Source: a virus | Length of the DNA stretch: 64,000 nt | Reading direction: 5' to 3' (one strand) | IMG/VR virus record: IMGVR_UViG_3300042484_000873 | Location: 25,585-89,584 of that record | In this document: piece by piece, positions 40,405 through 48,311 of the stretch | Layout of the letters: each line of letters opens with the position of its first letter | Numbering within the stretch: the stretch's first letter is position 1 | The notes under the pieces: model-generated | Databases searched by the model: none | The model's input: the letters and a program-made list of their open reading frames with translations, nothing else | What the model was told of the DNA's origin: nothing | Translations under genes and position numbers: made by a program

Positions 40405-41121
40405 ATGATAAAAAATATAGCAATTGCACTTACCGTAGCTGTCATGACAGTTGGTTGTGCTACCAACAAAGACTACCAGTTGTATGCCGAGACACAACAA
40501 AAAATTGCACAGGCACAGGCTATGTCTGACACAGCAAGATATGCGGCACTGGCAGAAATCGCCAAAACCGGTGATTCCGGCGCACGTGTTGCTGCCGTTA
40601 TGAGCATCAATTTTGGATCACAGTCTGGAAATAGCCCTAGAGTTCAACAAGTTAATCCTCCAAAAACGTTTGGAGACACAGCACTACAATGGACCAGTGT
40701 ATTATTGCCTAGCTTGACCAATATCTACGGTATCACTGCCAATCGTCAGGTTGCTGTTACACAAAGCAACAACGCGGCTGCTGTCGCAAAAAGCACTAAT
40801 GACACATTTGCCACAATGAACGGCAACATGGCAACCTCTAACACTGCTATTGCTAATTCAGGATTTACAGCCGTTACCAACGTGGCTAACAGTGGACTAA
40901 CTGCTGTAACTAATGTAGCCAACACAGGTATTGGACAAGTAGGTACCACTGCGGCGGCTGGATTAACTGCGGTGACTGCGGTAAATGCTAGTAGCAATAC
41001 TGCTATTACTAATGTAGCCAATGCAGCCAATGCCAGTATCAAAGCAGTAGCAGACATTATTCCGCAGTTACAACCAAATGTAACTACAACGACTACAACG
41101 ACAAATAACACTACACCGTAA
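40405..41121 (+). CDS. Lipoprotein with C-terminal 11-residue repeats
   Basis: Signal peptide with lipobox-like TVG-C; repeats ANSGFTAVTNV/ANSGLTAVTNV/ANTGIGQVGTT/AAAGLTAVTAV... Confidence 0.7.
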   Translation: MIKNIAIALTVAVMTVGCATNKDYQLYAETQQKIAQAQAMSDTARYAALAEIAKTGDSGARVAAVMSINFGSQSGNSPRVQQVNPPKTFGDTALQWTSVLLPSLTNIYGITANRQVAVTQSNNAAAVAKSTNDTFATMNGNMATSNTAIANSGFTAVTNVANSGLTAVTNVANTGIGQVGTTAAAGLTAVTAVNASSNTAITNVANAANASIKAVADIIPQLQPNVTTTTTTTNNTTP

Positions 41122-41135
41122 CATATCCAAAATAG

Positions 41136-41164
41136 TTGCAATCAACCATGTGTTATAGTATAAT
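41136..41164 (+). promoter_or_regulatory. Sigma70 promoter of tmRNA
   Basis: TTGCAA-17 nt-TATAAT. Confidence 0.75.
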
Positions 41165-41170
41165 GTAAGT

Positions 41171-41517
41171 TAAGACTGTATGAAGTAGATAGAAACGGAT
41201 TCAAGACGCGGGGGCAGTGCCCGCCAGGTCCACCAAAAGCATACTGGCATCTGGATGATGGGCCCGACGGGGTCAGTGGTTCAATTCCACTACAGGCAAT
41301 GAGGTTCGAATCCTCACAGTGTGCTTTTGATGGGCCTGACACAGGATCGATTGGGTCAAGAGTATTGAAATGGACAGTCCGGCAATGTAGAAGCCGTTAG
41401 GATTGGGGGAACCCGGTCGAAGACACTAAAAAAGTAACCGCAAACGACTCACAGTTCGCATTAGCTGCCTAAACTCAGCTTAGGGTAAGACATACCTCGT
41501 AACAGAAACTCAAAATT
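41171..41517 (+). ncRNA. ssrA: Circularly permuted (two-piece) tmRNA
   Basis: The acceptor piece comes first (T-arm GCGGG-GGCAGTG-CCCGC, then CAGGTCC-A-CCA ending at 41235). The coding piece starts GGGCCTG at 41332, giving a 7-bp acceptor stem with G3:U70. P2 pairings are 41198-41204/41351-41357 and 41174-41179/41374-41379. The tag frame ANDSQFALAA* is at 41440-41472. Confidence 0.93.
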
Positions 41518-41537
41518 GGCTCTTCGGAGCCTTTTTT
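41518..41537 (+). terminator. Intrinsic terminator after tmRNA
   Basis: GGCTC-TTCG-GAGCC followed by T6. Confidence 0.85.
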
Positions 41538-41592
41538 CATGGATTTCTCACCAAGGATGTGATCCGGATCACAACCTTAGCCGGTATTAACC

Positions 41593-41622
41593 TTGACAGG
41601 GGTAGCAAAAATGCTATATACT
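41593..41622 (+). promoter_or_regulatory. Sigma70 promoter
   Basis: TTGACA-18 nt-TATACT. Confidence 0.55.
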
Positions 41623-41656
41623 TATTGAGTTATTTTTTATATATAAAAGGAAATTT

Positions 41657-42556
41657 ATGACAACAACAATTACAATTAAAGATAAGCCGGTCAATGCGAC
41701 ATATCAAAATGTCACAGGCTTGACAGGTGGTTCAGGTGACGGCGCCGCATTTGATGTGACAAAGACTGACGGAGTTTACTCTGTAGTACTCGACTCATTA
41801 GCGGCAAGTGCAGGAACAGGTTATGTAGCAGGTGACACAATCACACTAGCTGGCACAGCATTGGGCGGCACAAGTACAAACAACTTAATCGTCACAGTTG
41901 CAACAGTTGGTACATTGGGTAAAGTTGCTACATTTGGTGTAGTAGGTACTGGTCGAATTGGTGATGGCACAGTTGACGTTCAAGTTGACGTTACTGGCAC
42001 AACCGGCATCGATACTTACACAGCAGGTGGTGCTAGCACAGAATTTACAGTTACTAAAACTGCTACCGAAGTAAAATTAGCAAGCACATTAGTTTCTAAT
42101 TTAGAAATTAAACTTGCTGACCATGAGCGTGTTGTATTCACAAACAAAGCTATTGCGTATGATGCCGCAGGTCGTGCAGGTGATGTATATGCATTATTAG
42201 CTGCCGCGCTTGGTACTAGTGATGTTACTAACGCATACAAAGGTATTGGTATTCATCTTGCAGATGCAGGTTGGACAAACAAAGAATTGGCAACAGCGTT
42301 ACTTGCTACTGACACTTATAAAACTGATGCAGGCGGTGTTAGCAATGAAACATTCATTAAGCACGTTTACAAAAACGTATTTGGTACTGATGCTACATTG
42401 ACACAAGTTACAGAATATACAACTTGGATGACTAATAGTAATCTAAGTCAATCTGATGTTCTAGTAGCCGCAAGTGAATTAGCCGCGTTTGAAACAACTA
42501 TTGGTTTAGTTGGTTTAGCAACAACTGGTATTGAATACACTCCGTTCGTTGCGTAA
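41657..42556 (+). CDS. Surface/S-layer-like protein with DUF4214-like C-terminal domain
   Basis: ERVVF...AYD..G.AG.VY.L..AA.G, SNETFIKHVYKNVFG, SQSDVLVAASE; the N-terminal Gly/Thr module resembles a segment of the giant virion protein. Confidence 0.62.
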   Translation: MTTTITIKDKPVNATYQNVTGLTGGSGDGAAFDVTKTDGVYSVVLDSLAASAGTGYVAGDTITLAGTALGGTSTNNLIVTVATVGTLGKVATFGVVGTGRIGDGTVDVQVDVTGTTGIDTYTAGGASTEFTVTKTATEVKLASTLVSNLEIKLADHERVVFTNKAIAYDAAGRAGDVYALLAAALGTSDVTNAYKGIGIHLADAGWTNKELATALLATDTYKTDAGGVSNETFIKHVYKNVFGTDATLTQVTEYTTWMTNSNLSQSDVLVAASELAAFETTIGLVGLATTGIEYTPFVA

Positions 42557-42573
42557 TCTATACTACTATAAAG

Positions 42574-42594
42574 AGGCACTTCGGTGCCTTTTTT
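42574..42594 (+). terminator. Intrinsic terminator
   Basis: AGGCAC-TTCG-GTGCCT followed by a T-tract. Confidence 0.85.
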
Positions 42595-42653
42595 GCCATG
42601 AAGCATATGTTATTGCGTAAACAACTAAATTATATGGGTAGTAAAAATCAATC

Positions 42654-42659
42654 TAAATA
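42654..42659 (+). promoter_or_regulatory. Late promoter core TAAATA upstream of the porin
   Basis: cTAAATA followed by a 5' hairpin and an AAGGA RBS. Confidence 0.45.
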
Positions 42660-42704
42660 TTAGTCTAGCCTGAGAAATCAGGCTTTTATTTAAAGGAAAA
42701 TTAT

Positions 42705-43589
42705 ATGAAGAAAATCGCATTAGCGACATTATTAGCCGCAACAACATTGGTTGCAACTGCACAAGTATCAGTATCTGGTAAAATCAGCACATTCGTTGAC
42801 AATACTAAAGTTGGTATTGTAAGCGCAACAAGTCTTGCTACTGATCCAACAAGCAACATCACATTTTCTGCCACAGAAAACATTGGTAATGGTTTGAAGG
42901 CACGTGTAGTATTAGACACTAGCTTGGCAGCTAATGATCCAACTGGTGGTGCTGATACTAAATTGGGCAACCGTCAATCTACGATTGGCTTGGCAAACAG
43001 TTTAGGCAGTGTTGACCTAGGTCGCAACCTACATAGTCACTTCTTAGCAATTACTAACAATGATGCATTTGGTACATTGTATGGTTCTGTTGCAGGTGAC
43101 GTACACAATTTGCGTGGTCTACGTATCAGCAATGGTACATTCTTTGCATTGACACCAATCAAAGGTGTTACAGCAACATATGACCGTACCCAAACTGGTG
43201 CAGGTACAGAAGCAACTAGTTATAGCGCAAGCGCAAAATTACTAGGTGTTAATGCTGTAGTTGCTCAATACACCCAAGGTGTTGAGAAAAGCACGGTATA
43301 TGGCGCAAGCGCAAAGTTGGGAAGCACACAAGTATTTTACACACGTAGTAATGATGAAGGTGCTGTAGCAAGTACGGGTGATTTGTTTGGTGCAAGCAAA
43401 GCATTTGGTCCAGTAACTGCAAAAGCTAGCTATGGTAAAACAAATACTAATGTTAAAGCTTATGCATTAGGTGCTGATTATAATTTTAGCAAGCGTACTC
43501 TTGTTGGAGTTAATTATCGTAATGTTGATGTTGCTGGTACAGCACATGACGTTAAACAAGTTGGAGTTGGTGTAACACACCGGTTCTAA
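42705..43589 (+). CDS. Gram-negative outer membrane porin (betaproteobacterial general porin type)
   Basis: Signal peptide, F.A.E.IG.GLKA, NRQS.IGL...G.V.LGR, YALGADYNFSKRT, C-terminal VGVTHRF. Confidence 0.9.
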   Translation: MKKIALATLLAATTLVATAQVSVSGKISTFVDNTKVGIVSATSLATDPTSNITFSATENIGNGLKARVVLDTSLAANDPTGGADTKLGNRQSTIGLANSLGSVDLGRNLHSHFLAITNNDAFGTLYGSVAGDVHNLRGLRISNGTFFALTPIKGVTATYDRTQTGAGTEATSYSASAKLLGVNAVVAQYTQGVEKSTVYGASAKLGSTQVFYTRSNDEGAVASTGDLFGASKAFGPVTAKASYGKTNTNVKAYALGADYNFSKRTLVGVNYRNVDVAGTAHDVKQVGVGVTHRF

Positions 43590-43607
43590 TCTCAATGAGA
43601 TAAAAAC

Positions 43608-43632
43608 AAAAGGCTCTTCGGAGCCTTTTTTT
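43608..43632 (+). terminator. Intrinsic (possibly bidirectional) terminator
   Basis: AAAA-GGCTC-TTCG-GAGCC-T7; the hairpin is identical to the tmRNA terminator. Confidence 0.85.
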
Positions 43633-43633
43633 A

Positions 43634-43662
43634 TTGACATAAATATCATACTATGTTACAAT
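43634..43662 (+). promoter_or_regulatory. Sigma70 early promoter
   Basis: TTGACA-17-TACAAT with an extended -10 TG; ATG 6 nt downstream. Confidence 0.75.
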
Positions 43663-43668
43663 AACAAT

Positions 43669-43923
43669 ATGAAAATTCAACATGCAATCGATTGGAATCA
43701 AGTTAGTATTGACTTAAGTAGTCAAATGAAAGACATTGGATACAACCCGGACTTAGTTCGAATGCATTTGAATATTGGTAAAATGGTGACCGAGTTGAGT
43801 AAACTTGAGGTAACTATGCGTAGGACCGGCAAATACTCTATGATAGACGACAAAGTTATTGCAATAAACAAAGCAATCGATCACTTTGAAAAGCTACTGT
43901 TGATGGCAAATTTAATGAAATAA
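43669..43923 (+). CDS. Hypothetical early protein
   Basis: 84 aa directly behind a strong promoter. Confidence 0.7.
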   Translation: MKIQHAIDWNQVSIDLSSQMKDIGYNPDLVRMHLNIGKMVTELSKLEVTMRRTGKYSMIDDKVIAINKAIDHFEKLLLMANLMK

Positions 43924-43925
43924 AT

Positions 43926-43954
43926 TTGACAATAAATCACTTTGGGTATATAAT
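43926..43954 (+). promoter_or_regulatory. Sigma70 early promoter
   Basis: TTGACAataaa-17-TATAAT. Confidence 0.8.
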
Positions 43955-43981
43955 AGAGTCTTATTCAGTTGAAAGGCATCT

Positions 43982-44236
43982 ATGAAATTCAGTGCAAACG
44001 CAGTGAGTACTTTATACTTCAAAGTTTCAGTTAAGAAACGGCCCTATAGTAATGAAGAAATTTCACTACTGATTAGTGCAAGTGATTTCACTAAAACAAA
44101 CGAAAAAGGTAAAGTAATGCTAGGTAAAACTCTTTATTTTAGAGAGTTGCCGCTAACGACAGAACAGTCTAGCATTGATGCAAATATCGCAAGTATTTGC
44201 AAAATCAACAACTTTTCAGTAGCCCAAGTGTTGTAA
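43982..44236 (+). CDS. Hypothetical early protein
   Basis: 84 aa, GAAAGG RBS, own promoter. Confidence 0.65.
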   Translation: MKFSANAVSTLYFKVSVKKRPYSNEEISLLISASDFTKTNEKGKVMLGKTLYFRELPLTTEQSSIDANIASICKINNFSVAQVL

Positions 44237-44254
44237 GAATACAACAACACAAAT

Positions 44255-44283
44255 TTGACAATAAATCCAATGTCTGCTACAAT
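44255..44283 (+). promoter_or_regulatory. Sigma70 early promoter
   Basis: TTGACAataaa-17-TACAAT with TG; preceded by the palindrome TGTTGTA-N4-TACAACA (44229-44246). Confidence 0.78.
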
Positions 44284-44340
44284 ACATGTATTGTTACACT
44301 TAACTCAAGGCGTATATAAGCACACATTGGGTCAGTTGAT

Positions 44341-44369
44341 TTGACAATAAATCAATAATAGTGTACAAT
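44341..44369 (+). promoter_or_regulatory. Sigma70 early promoter
   Basis: TTGACAataaa-17-TACAAT. Confidence 0.78.
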
Positions 44370-44403
44370 TCATCATCTTAACTTTTTTTACTAGGAGCAT
44401 CTA

Positions 44404-45507
44404 ATGGCATCGCAAGTTTCTGACAATCTGACAATCACCTCTGTACAAGCACGTAAAGCAATGCTTGCCGCATTCAAAGCAAAACGTCCCGTGTTTCTCT
44501 GGGGCCCTCCCGGCATCGGCAAATCTGAGGTCGTGCAAGAAGTTGCAGACGAACTCAAGGGTCACGTAATTGATTTGCGTATGGCTCAAATGGAACCTAC
44601 TGATATTCGAGGTATCCCTTTCTTCAACAAAGATATCAACAAGATGGATTGGGCGGCACCTGTTGACTTGCCTGACAATGATTTTGCTTCACAATTCCCT
44701 ATCGTTGTATTGTTCCTCGATGAAATGAACTCGGCTCCCCCAGCTGTTCAGGCAGCAGGTTATCAGTTGATTCTGAACCGTCGAGTTGGTAAGTATGTAC
44801 TGCCCGATAACGTTGTTATCGTTGCGGCAGGTAATCGTGATTCTGACAAAGGTGTTACATATCGTATGCCGATGCCCCTAGCTAATCGTTTCTTGCACTT
44901 GGAAATGCGAGCCGACTTTACTGCATGGCAGAACTGGGCTGTGAACAAAGGCATTCACAAGGACGTTGTTGGTTACTTGAGTTTTGCTAAACAAGACCTG
45001 TACGACTTTGATAGTAAATCTGCATCACGTGCATTTGCTACACCACGTAGCTGGTGTTTCGTTAGTGACTTGCTTGATGATGAAGATGGTGTTGATACTG
45101 ATACATTGTTCAACTTGGTAGCAGGTGCAGTTGGTGAGGGCCTTGCAGTTAAGTTTGCGGCTCACCGCAAGATTGCAGGTCGTATGCCCGAACCCTCTGA
45201 TATCTTGTCAGGTAAAGTTAAGGACCTTGCAGTCAAGGAAATCTCGGCAATGTACTCATTGACTATTTCAATGTGCTATGAATTGCGTGATGCACTTGAA
45301 AACAAGAAAGTGGATAGTAAGAAGTTCCATGAAATGGCTGACAACTTCTTTAACTACATCATGGCAAACTTTGAGACTGAGTTGGTTGTGATGGGTGCTA
45401 AGATTGCGCTTAAGACTTACAAGTTGCCGATCGAGCCAAGTCAGTTGAAAAACTTTGACGAGTTTCACAAGAAATACGGCAAGTACATTGTACAAGCAGG
45501 CGAGTGA
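44404..45507 (+). CDS. MoxR-like AAA+ ATPase
   Basis: Walker A GPPGIGKS, Walker B LFLDE, AAGN sensor, LANRF, TPRSW. Confidence 0.9.
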   Translation: MASQVSDNLTITSVQARKAMLAAFKAKRPVFLWGPPGIGKSEVVQEVADELKGHVIDLRMAQMEPTDIRGIPFFNKDINKMDWAAPVDLPDNDFASQFPIVVLFLDEMNSAPPAVQAAGYQLILNRRVGKYVLPDNVVIVAAGNRDSDKGVTYRMPMPLANRFLHLEMRADFTAWQNWAVNKGIHKDVVGYLSFAKQDLYDFDSKSASRAFATPRSWCFVSDLLDDEDGVDTDTLFNLVAGAVGEGLAVKFAAHRKIAGRMPEPSDILSGKVKDLAVKEISAMYSLTISMCYELRDALENKKVDSKKFHEMADNFFNYIMANFETELVVMGAKIALKTYKLPIEPSQLKNFDEFHKKYGKYIVQAGE

Positions 45508-45514
45508 TGATAAT

Positions 45515-45540
45515 GGGTGAGTGTAGCAATATGCTCACCC
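45515..45540 (+). terminator. Stem-loop (terminator or processing hairpin)
   Basis: GGGTGAGTGTA-GCAA-TATGCTCACCC with only a short U-tract; abuts the next -35. Confidence 0.5.
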
Positions 45541-45569
45541 TTGACAATAAAGCAGAAGTGTGCTACAAT
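45541..45569 (+). promoter_or_regulatory. Sigma70 early promoter
   Basis: TTGACAataaa-17-TACAAT with TG. Confidence 0.78.
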
Positions 45570-45594
45570 AACACATAAACACTAAAGGACTAAT

Positions 45595-46875
45595 ATGAGC
45601 GAAGTACTGAATCCCACTAAAAAGCGTAAGCGTAGTAAGAAACTAGAAAATCTTATTGGACCTACAGACCCTAAGGTCGATCACCTAGCACGTGAACGTT
45701 TGGTAACAGCACGTATTGGTCTGTTATTGCGGCATTCGTTTTTCGGTAATCTTGCTACACGGTTGACACTTATCAATGCAGACGAATGGTGTGCTACAGC
45801 GGCAACTGACGGTCAGAAGTTCTATTACAATAGCCGCTTCATTATGATGTTGAAGACTAAGGAAGTTGAATTCTTAGTAGCGCATGAGGTCCTTCACGTT
45901 GTCTATGACCACATGGGTCGTAGAGGTGATCGTGACCCGCAAATCTGGAACATTGCCGATGACTATTGTGTTAATGCCGACTTGAAACGTCACAAGATTG
46001 GTCAATTCATTACTACAGTACCTTGCTTGTACGAATCAAAGTATGATGGTAAATCGGCAGAAGAAGTATATGATGACTTGATGAAAAACGCTAAGAAAAT
46101 CAGTATGGATGACTTGATTGATCAATTGCTTGACGATCACCTTGATAGCGAAGATGGTGAAGGCGACGGTGAAGATGGTACTGGTAATAAAAAAGGTAAG
46201 GGTCGACCACAACTTTCTGATGAAGAAAAAGAACGTATTCGTCAGGAAGTTAAGCAAGCAATTATCAATGCTTCAAGTACAGCCGAAGCTGGTTCATTGC
46301 CCGCAGGTGTTGAACGATTGATTCGTCAAGCTACTGACCCGGTCATGCCCTGGCGTGAACTGATTCAAACTAACTTGACAAGTGCAATTCGTACTGACTA
46401 TAGCTGGATGCGTCCCTCACGTAGAGGCTGGCACATGGATGCTATCATGCCCGGCATGACTCCCGGAGAAGAAATTGATGTTGTCGTTGCGATTGACATG
46501 AGTGGTTCTATCAGCGATAAACAAGCACAACAATTCTTAGGTGAGATTGGTGGCATGATGGATTCGTTTGATGGTTACAAGGTCCATGTGTTTTGCTTTG
46601 ATACTGAGGTGTATAACCCACAAGACTTCAATTCGGAGAACATGGATGGTATTGATACATATGAGCCTATGGGCGGTGGTGGTACTGACTTTGATGCTAT
46701 CTTTGAATACTTGAAGAAAGTAGGCAATGTACCTAAGCGACTGATTTGTTTCACTGATGGTTATCCCTGTGGTAGCTGGGGTGATGCAGATTACTGTGAT
46801 ACGACATGGGTCATTCATGGTGATAAGAATCCTAATCCCCCATTCGGTACTTACGCAATCTATGATGAAAGATAA
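45595..46875 (+). CDS. Metallopeptidase-like + VWA domain protein (DUF2201-like), MoxR partner
   Basis: TAATDG, HEVLH zincin motif, MIDAS DMSGS, GGGGTDF, FTDG. Confidence 0.85.
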   Translation: MSEVLNPTKKRKRSKKLENLIGPTDPKVDHLARERLVTARIGLLLRHSFFGNLATRLTLINADEWCATAATDGQKFYYNSRFIMMLKTKEVEFLVAHEVLHVVYDHMGRRGDRDPQIWNIADDYCVNADLKRHKIGQFITTVPCLYESKYDGKSAEEVYDDLMKNAKKISMDDLIDQLLDDHLDSEDGEGDGEDGTGNKKGKGRPQLSDEEKERIRQEVKQAIINASSTAEAGSLPAGVERLIRQATDPVMPWRELIQTNLTSAIRTDYSWMRPSRRGWHMDAIMPGMTPGEEIDVVVAIDMSGSISDKQAQQFLGEIGGMMDSFDGYKVHVFCFDTEVYNPQDFNSENMDGIDTYEPMGGGGTDFDAIFEYLKKVGNVPKRLICFTDGYPCGSWGDADYCDTTWVIHGDKNPNPPFGTYAIYDER

Positions 46876-46881
46876 TATAGT

Positions 46882-46995
46882 ATGGTTGAAGTACTTGGAT
46901 ATGTGGTTTTAGGTATTATTTCACTTGGTGTGATTGGCGTTTTTGTTAAAATACTTGTATACGCCCTGGATACTGTTAATAAGAATGACGATTAA
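46882..46995 (+). CDS. 37-aa single-pass membrane peptide, not in the ORF track
   Basis: MVEVLGYVVLGIISLGVIGVFVKILVYALDTVNKNDD*; fills the gap. Confidence 0.5.
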   Translation: MVEVLGYVVLGIISLGVIGVFVKILVYALDTVNKNDD

Positions 46996-47230
46996 ATCAC
47001 ATGAAGAAATCGTAATATACGAAAGCCCAGACGGTGGTAAGACGGTCTACTCACGCAAGAGTGGATCGTCTGATAGAACTATGATTAAAGAAAATACTAA
47101 CCAACATTACATTGCTAAATGGTATGAGTGGAAAGAAATTCTTAAACTAGCAGAAACAGAACCTTCATTAGCAGACGCTATTAACAAAGCAGAGATAATA
47201 TATGCCCTCGTTAAGAAAGAACAAAACTAA
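46985..47230 (+). CDS. Hypothetical protein
   Basis: IYESPDGGKTVY motif; start taken at ATG 46985 rather than TTG 46934. Confidence 0.65.
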   Translation: MTIKSHEEIVIYESPDGGKTVYSRKSGSSDRTMIKENTNQHYIAKWYEWKEILKLAETEPSLADAINKAEIIYALVKKEQN

Positions 47231-47576
47231 ACACTATCTCGCTATGTGGGATAATCAGGGCCTTGAATGCTTGTATGATGTTGATTTGCATATGAACAGG
47301 TATAATGAATGGGAAAAACTAAAAGTTGTTGCTATTCTTAAAGAAGAAAAACTTCCAGATAATCCACCTGCGATCCCATTACAAATGATGCTATTACGTG
47401 CTAGAGTCAACAGTCAACGTGTGTATGAGATTTATGAATTCAATAGCACAATGGGATATAAAGAACTCACAGAAGTTTTTAATGATGACCCTCAACCGAT
47501 TGTTGAATGGATTAGAGAAAACGGCAAAAAAGTTTACAGTGACTACGTTAAACAAAATAGAAAGATGATTGTATGA
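47202..47576 (+). CDS. Hypothetical protein
   Basis: 124 aa in a tightly packed operon. Confidence 0.7.
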   Translation: MPSLRKNKTKHYLAMWDNQGLECLYDVDLHMNRYNEWEKLKVVAILKEEKLPDNPPAIPLQMMLLRARVNSQRVYEIYEFNSTMGYKELTEVFNDDPQPIVEWIRENGKKVYSDYVKQNRKMIV

Positions 47577-47983
47577 TGCATATTGGAACTAGTTTAGGTA
47601 GATGTTTGCGTAGCATCCTATTAGGCGAAGTATCCGAGGATGATGTTTTATTGATTATTACTCGCACTATGACTGCTGATTTAGAAGAATTTATATTTAT
47701 AGTAAAACAATACTACGATGAAGGTAATTATACATCACGTAATCCACAGGATTATGACCTTTCAGTCAAACCTTGGGAAGAAGTAGAAGCACTAGCAACA
47801 CGATTGTACACTAGTGGCAAGATTCACCAACCTAGAAACTTTGCGACTTTGGGTAGTCAGTTCATCCACCCTGATCTAAACAATGATCTTTGGGTAGATG
47901 TATCTCCGAAGAATCGTAATAGCACGCCTATGGTTGTTGAAGCATATGAAAAGTATAAGATGTTGGATGCACTAACCAAATGA
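47573..47983 (+). CDS. Hypothetical protein
   Basis: 136 aa, ATGA overlaps, GKIHQPR motif. Confidence 0.7.
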   Translation: MMHIGTSLGRCLRSILLGEVSEDDVLLIITRTMTADLEEFIFIVKQYYDEGNYTSRNPQDYDLSVKPWEEVEALATRLYTSGKIHQPRNFATLGSQFIHPDLNNDLWVDVSPKNRNSTPMVVEAYEKYKMLDALTK

Positions 47984-48228
47984 CAGACTATGAAATTGAT
48001 CCTGTCGTATGGTTTGCTGAACGACAACTAGATTATCCTCCAGTACATTTTGTTACAGTACATACTCCCTTGACCGAAGAATCAAGACAATGGGTACTGA
48101 ATAAATTGCGTGGTCGGTTCGCTGTCACAATAGACACAACTGACTTTTTGTTTAACTTGGAATCATTAGGGTGCATCAGTTTTGAAGATCCTAAAGAAGC
48201 CACACTCTTTGAATTAAAATGGTCTTAA
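47980..48228 (+). CDS. Hypothetical protein
   Basis: 82 aa, C-terminal FEDPKEATLFELKW. Confidence 0.7.
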   Translation: MTDYEIDPVVWFAERQLDYPPVHFVTVHTPLTEESRQWVLNKLRGRFAVTIDTTDFLFNLESLGCISFEDPKEATLFELKWS

Positions 48229-48311
48229 ATAGGGTATACTCACTGCAATAAAAAATATTTGATTGATGAATATCAGTTAAATATCTTTATCATATATGAT
48301 AGGAGATTATT

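Noticed and set aside
41275-41316. GGTTCAATTCC and GGTTCGAATCC as genuine tRNA genes
   Set aside because: No 7-nt anticodon loop or CCA end; they lie inside the tmRNA spacer
41142-41342. 66-aa minus-strand ORF over the tmRNA
   Set aside because: Antisense to a well-supported RNA gene with its own promoter and terminator
40405-43632. tmRNA, porin and surface protein as evidence of bacterial chromosome or a prophage boundary
   Set aside because: Flanked on both sides by phage genes with the same promoter and terminator style; no integrase, att duplication or housekeeping operon
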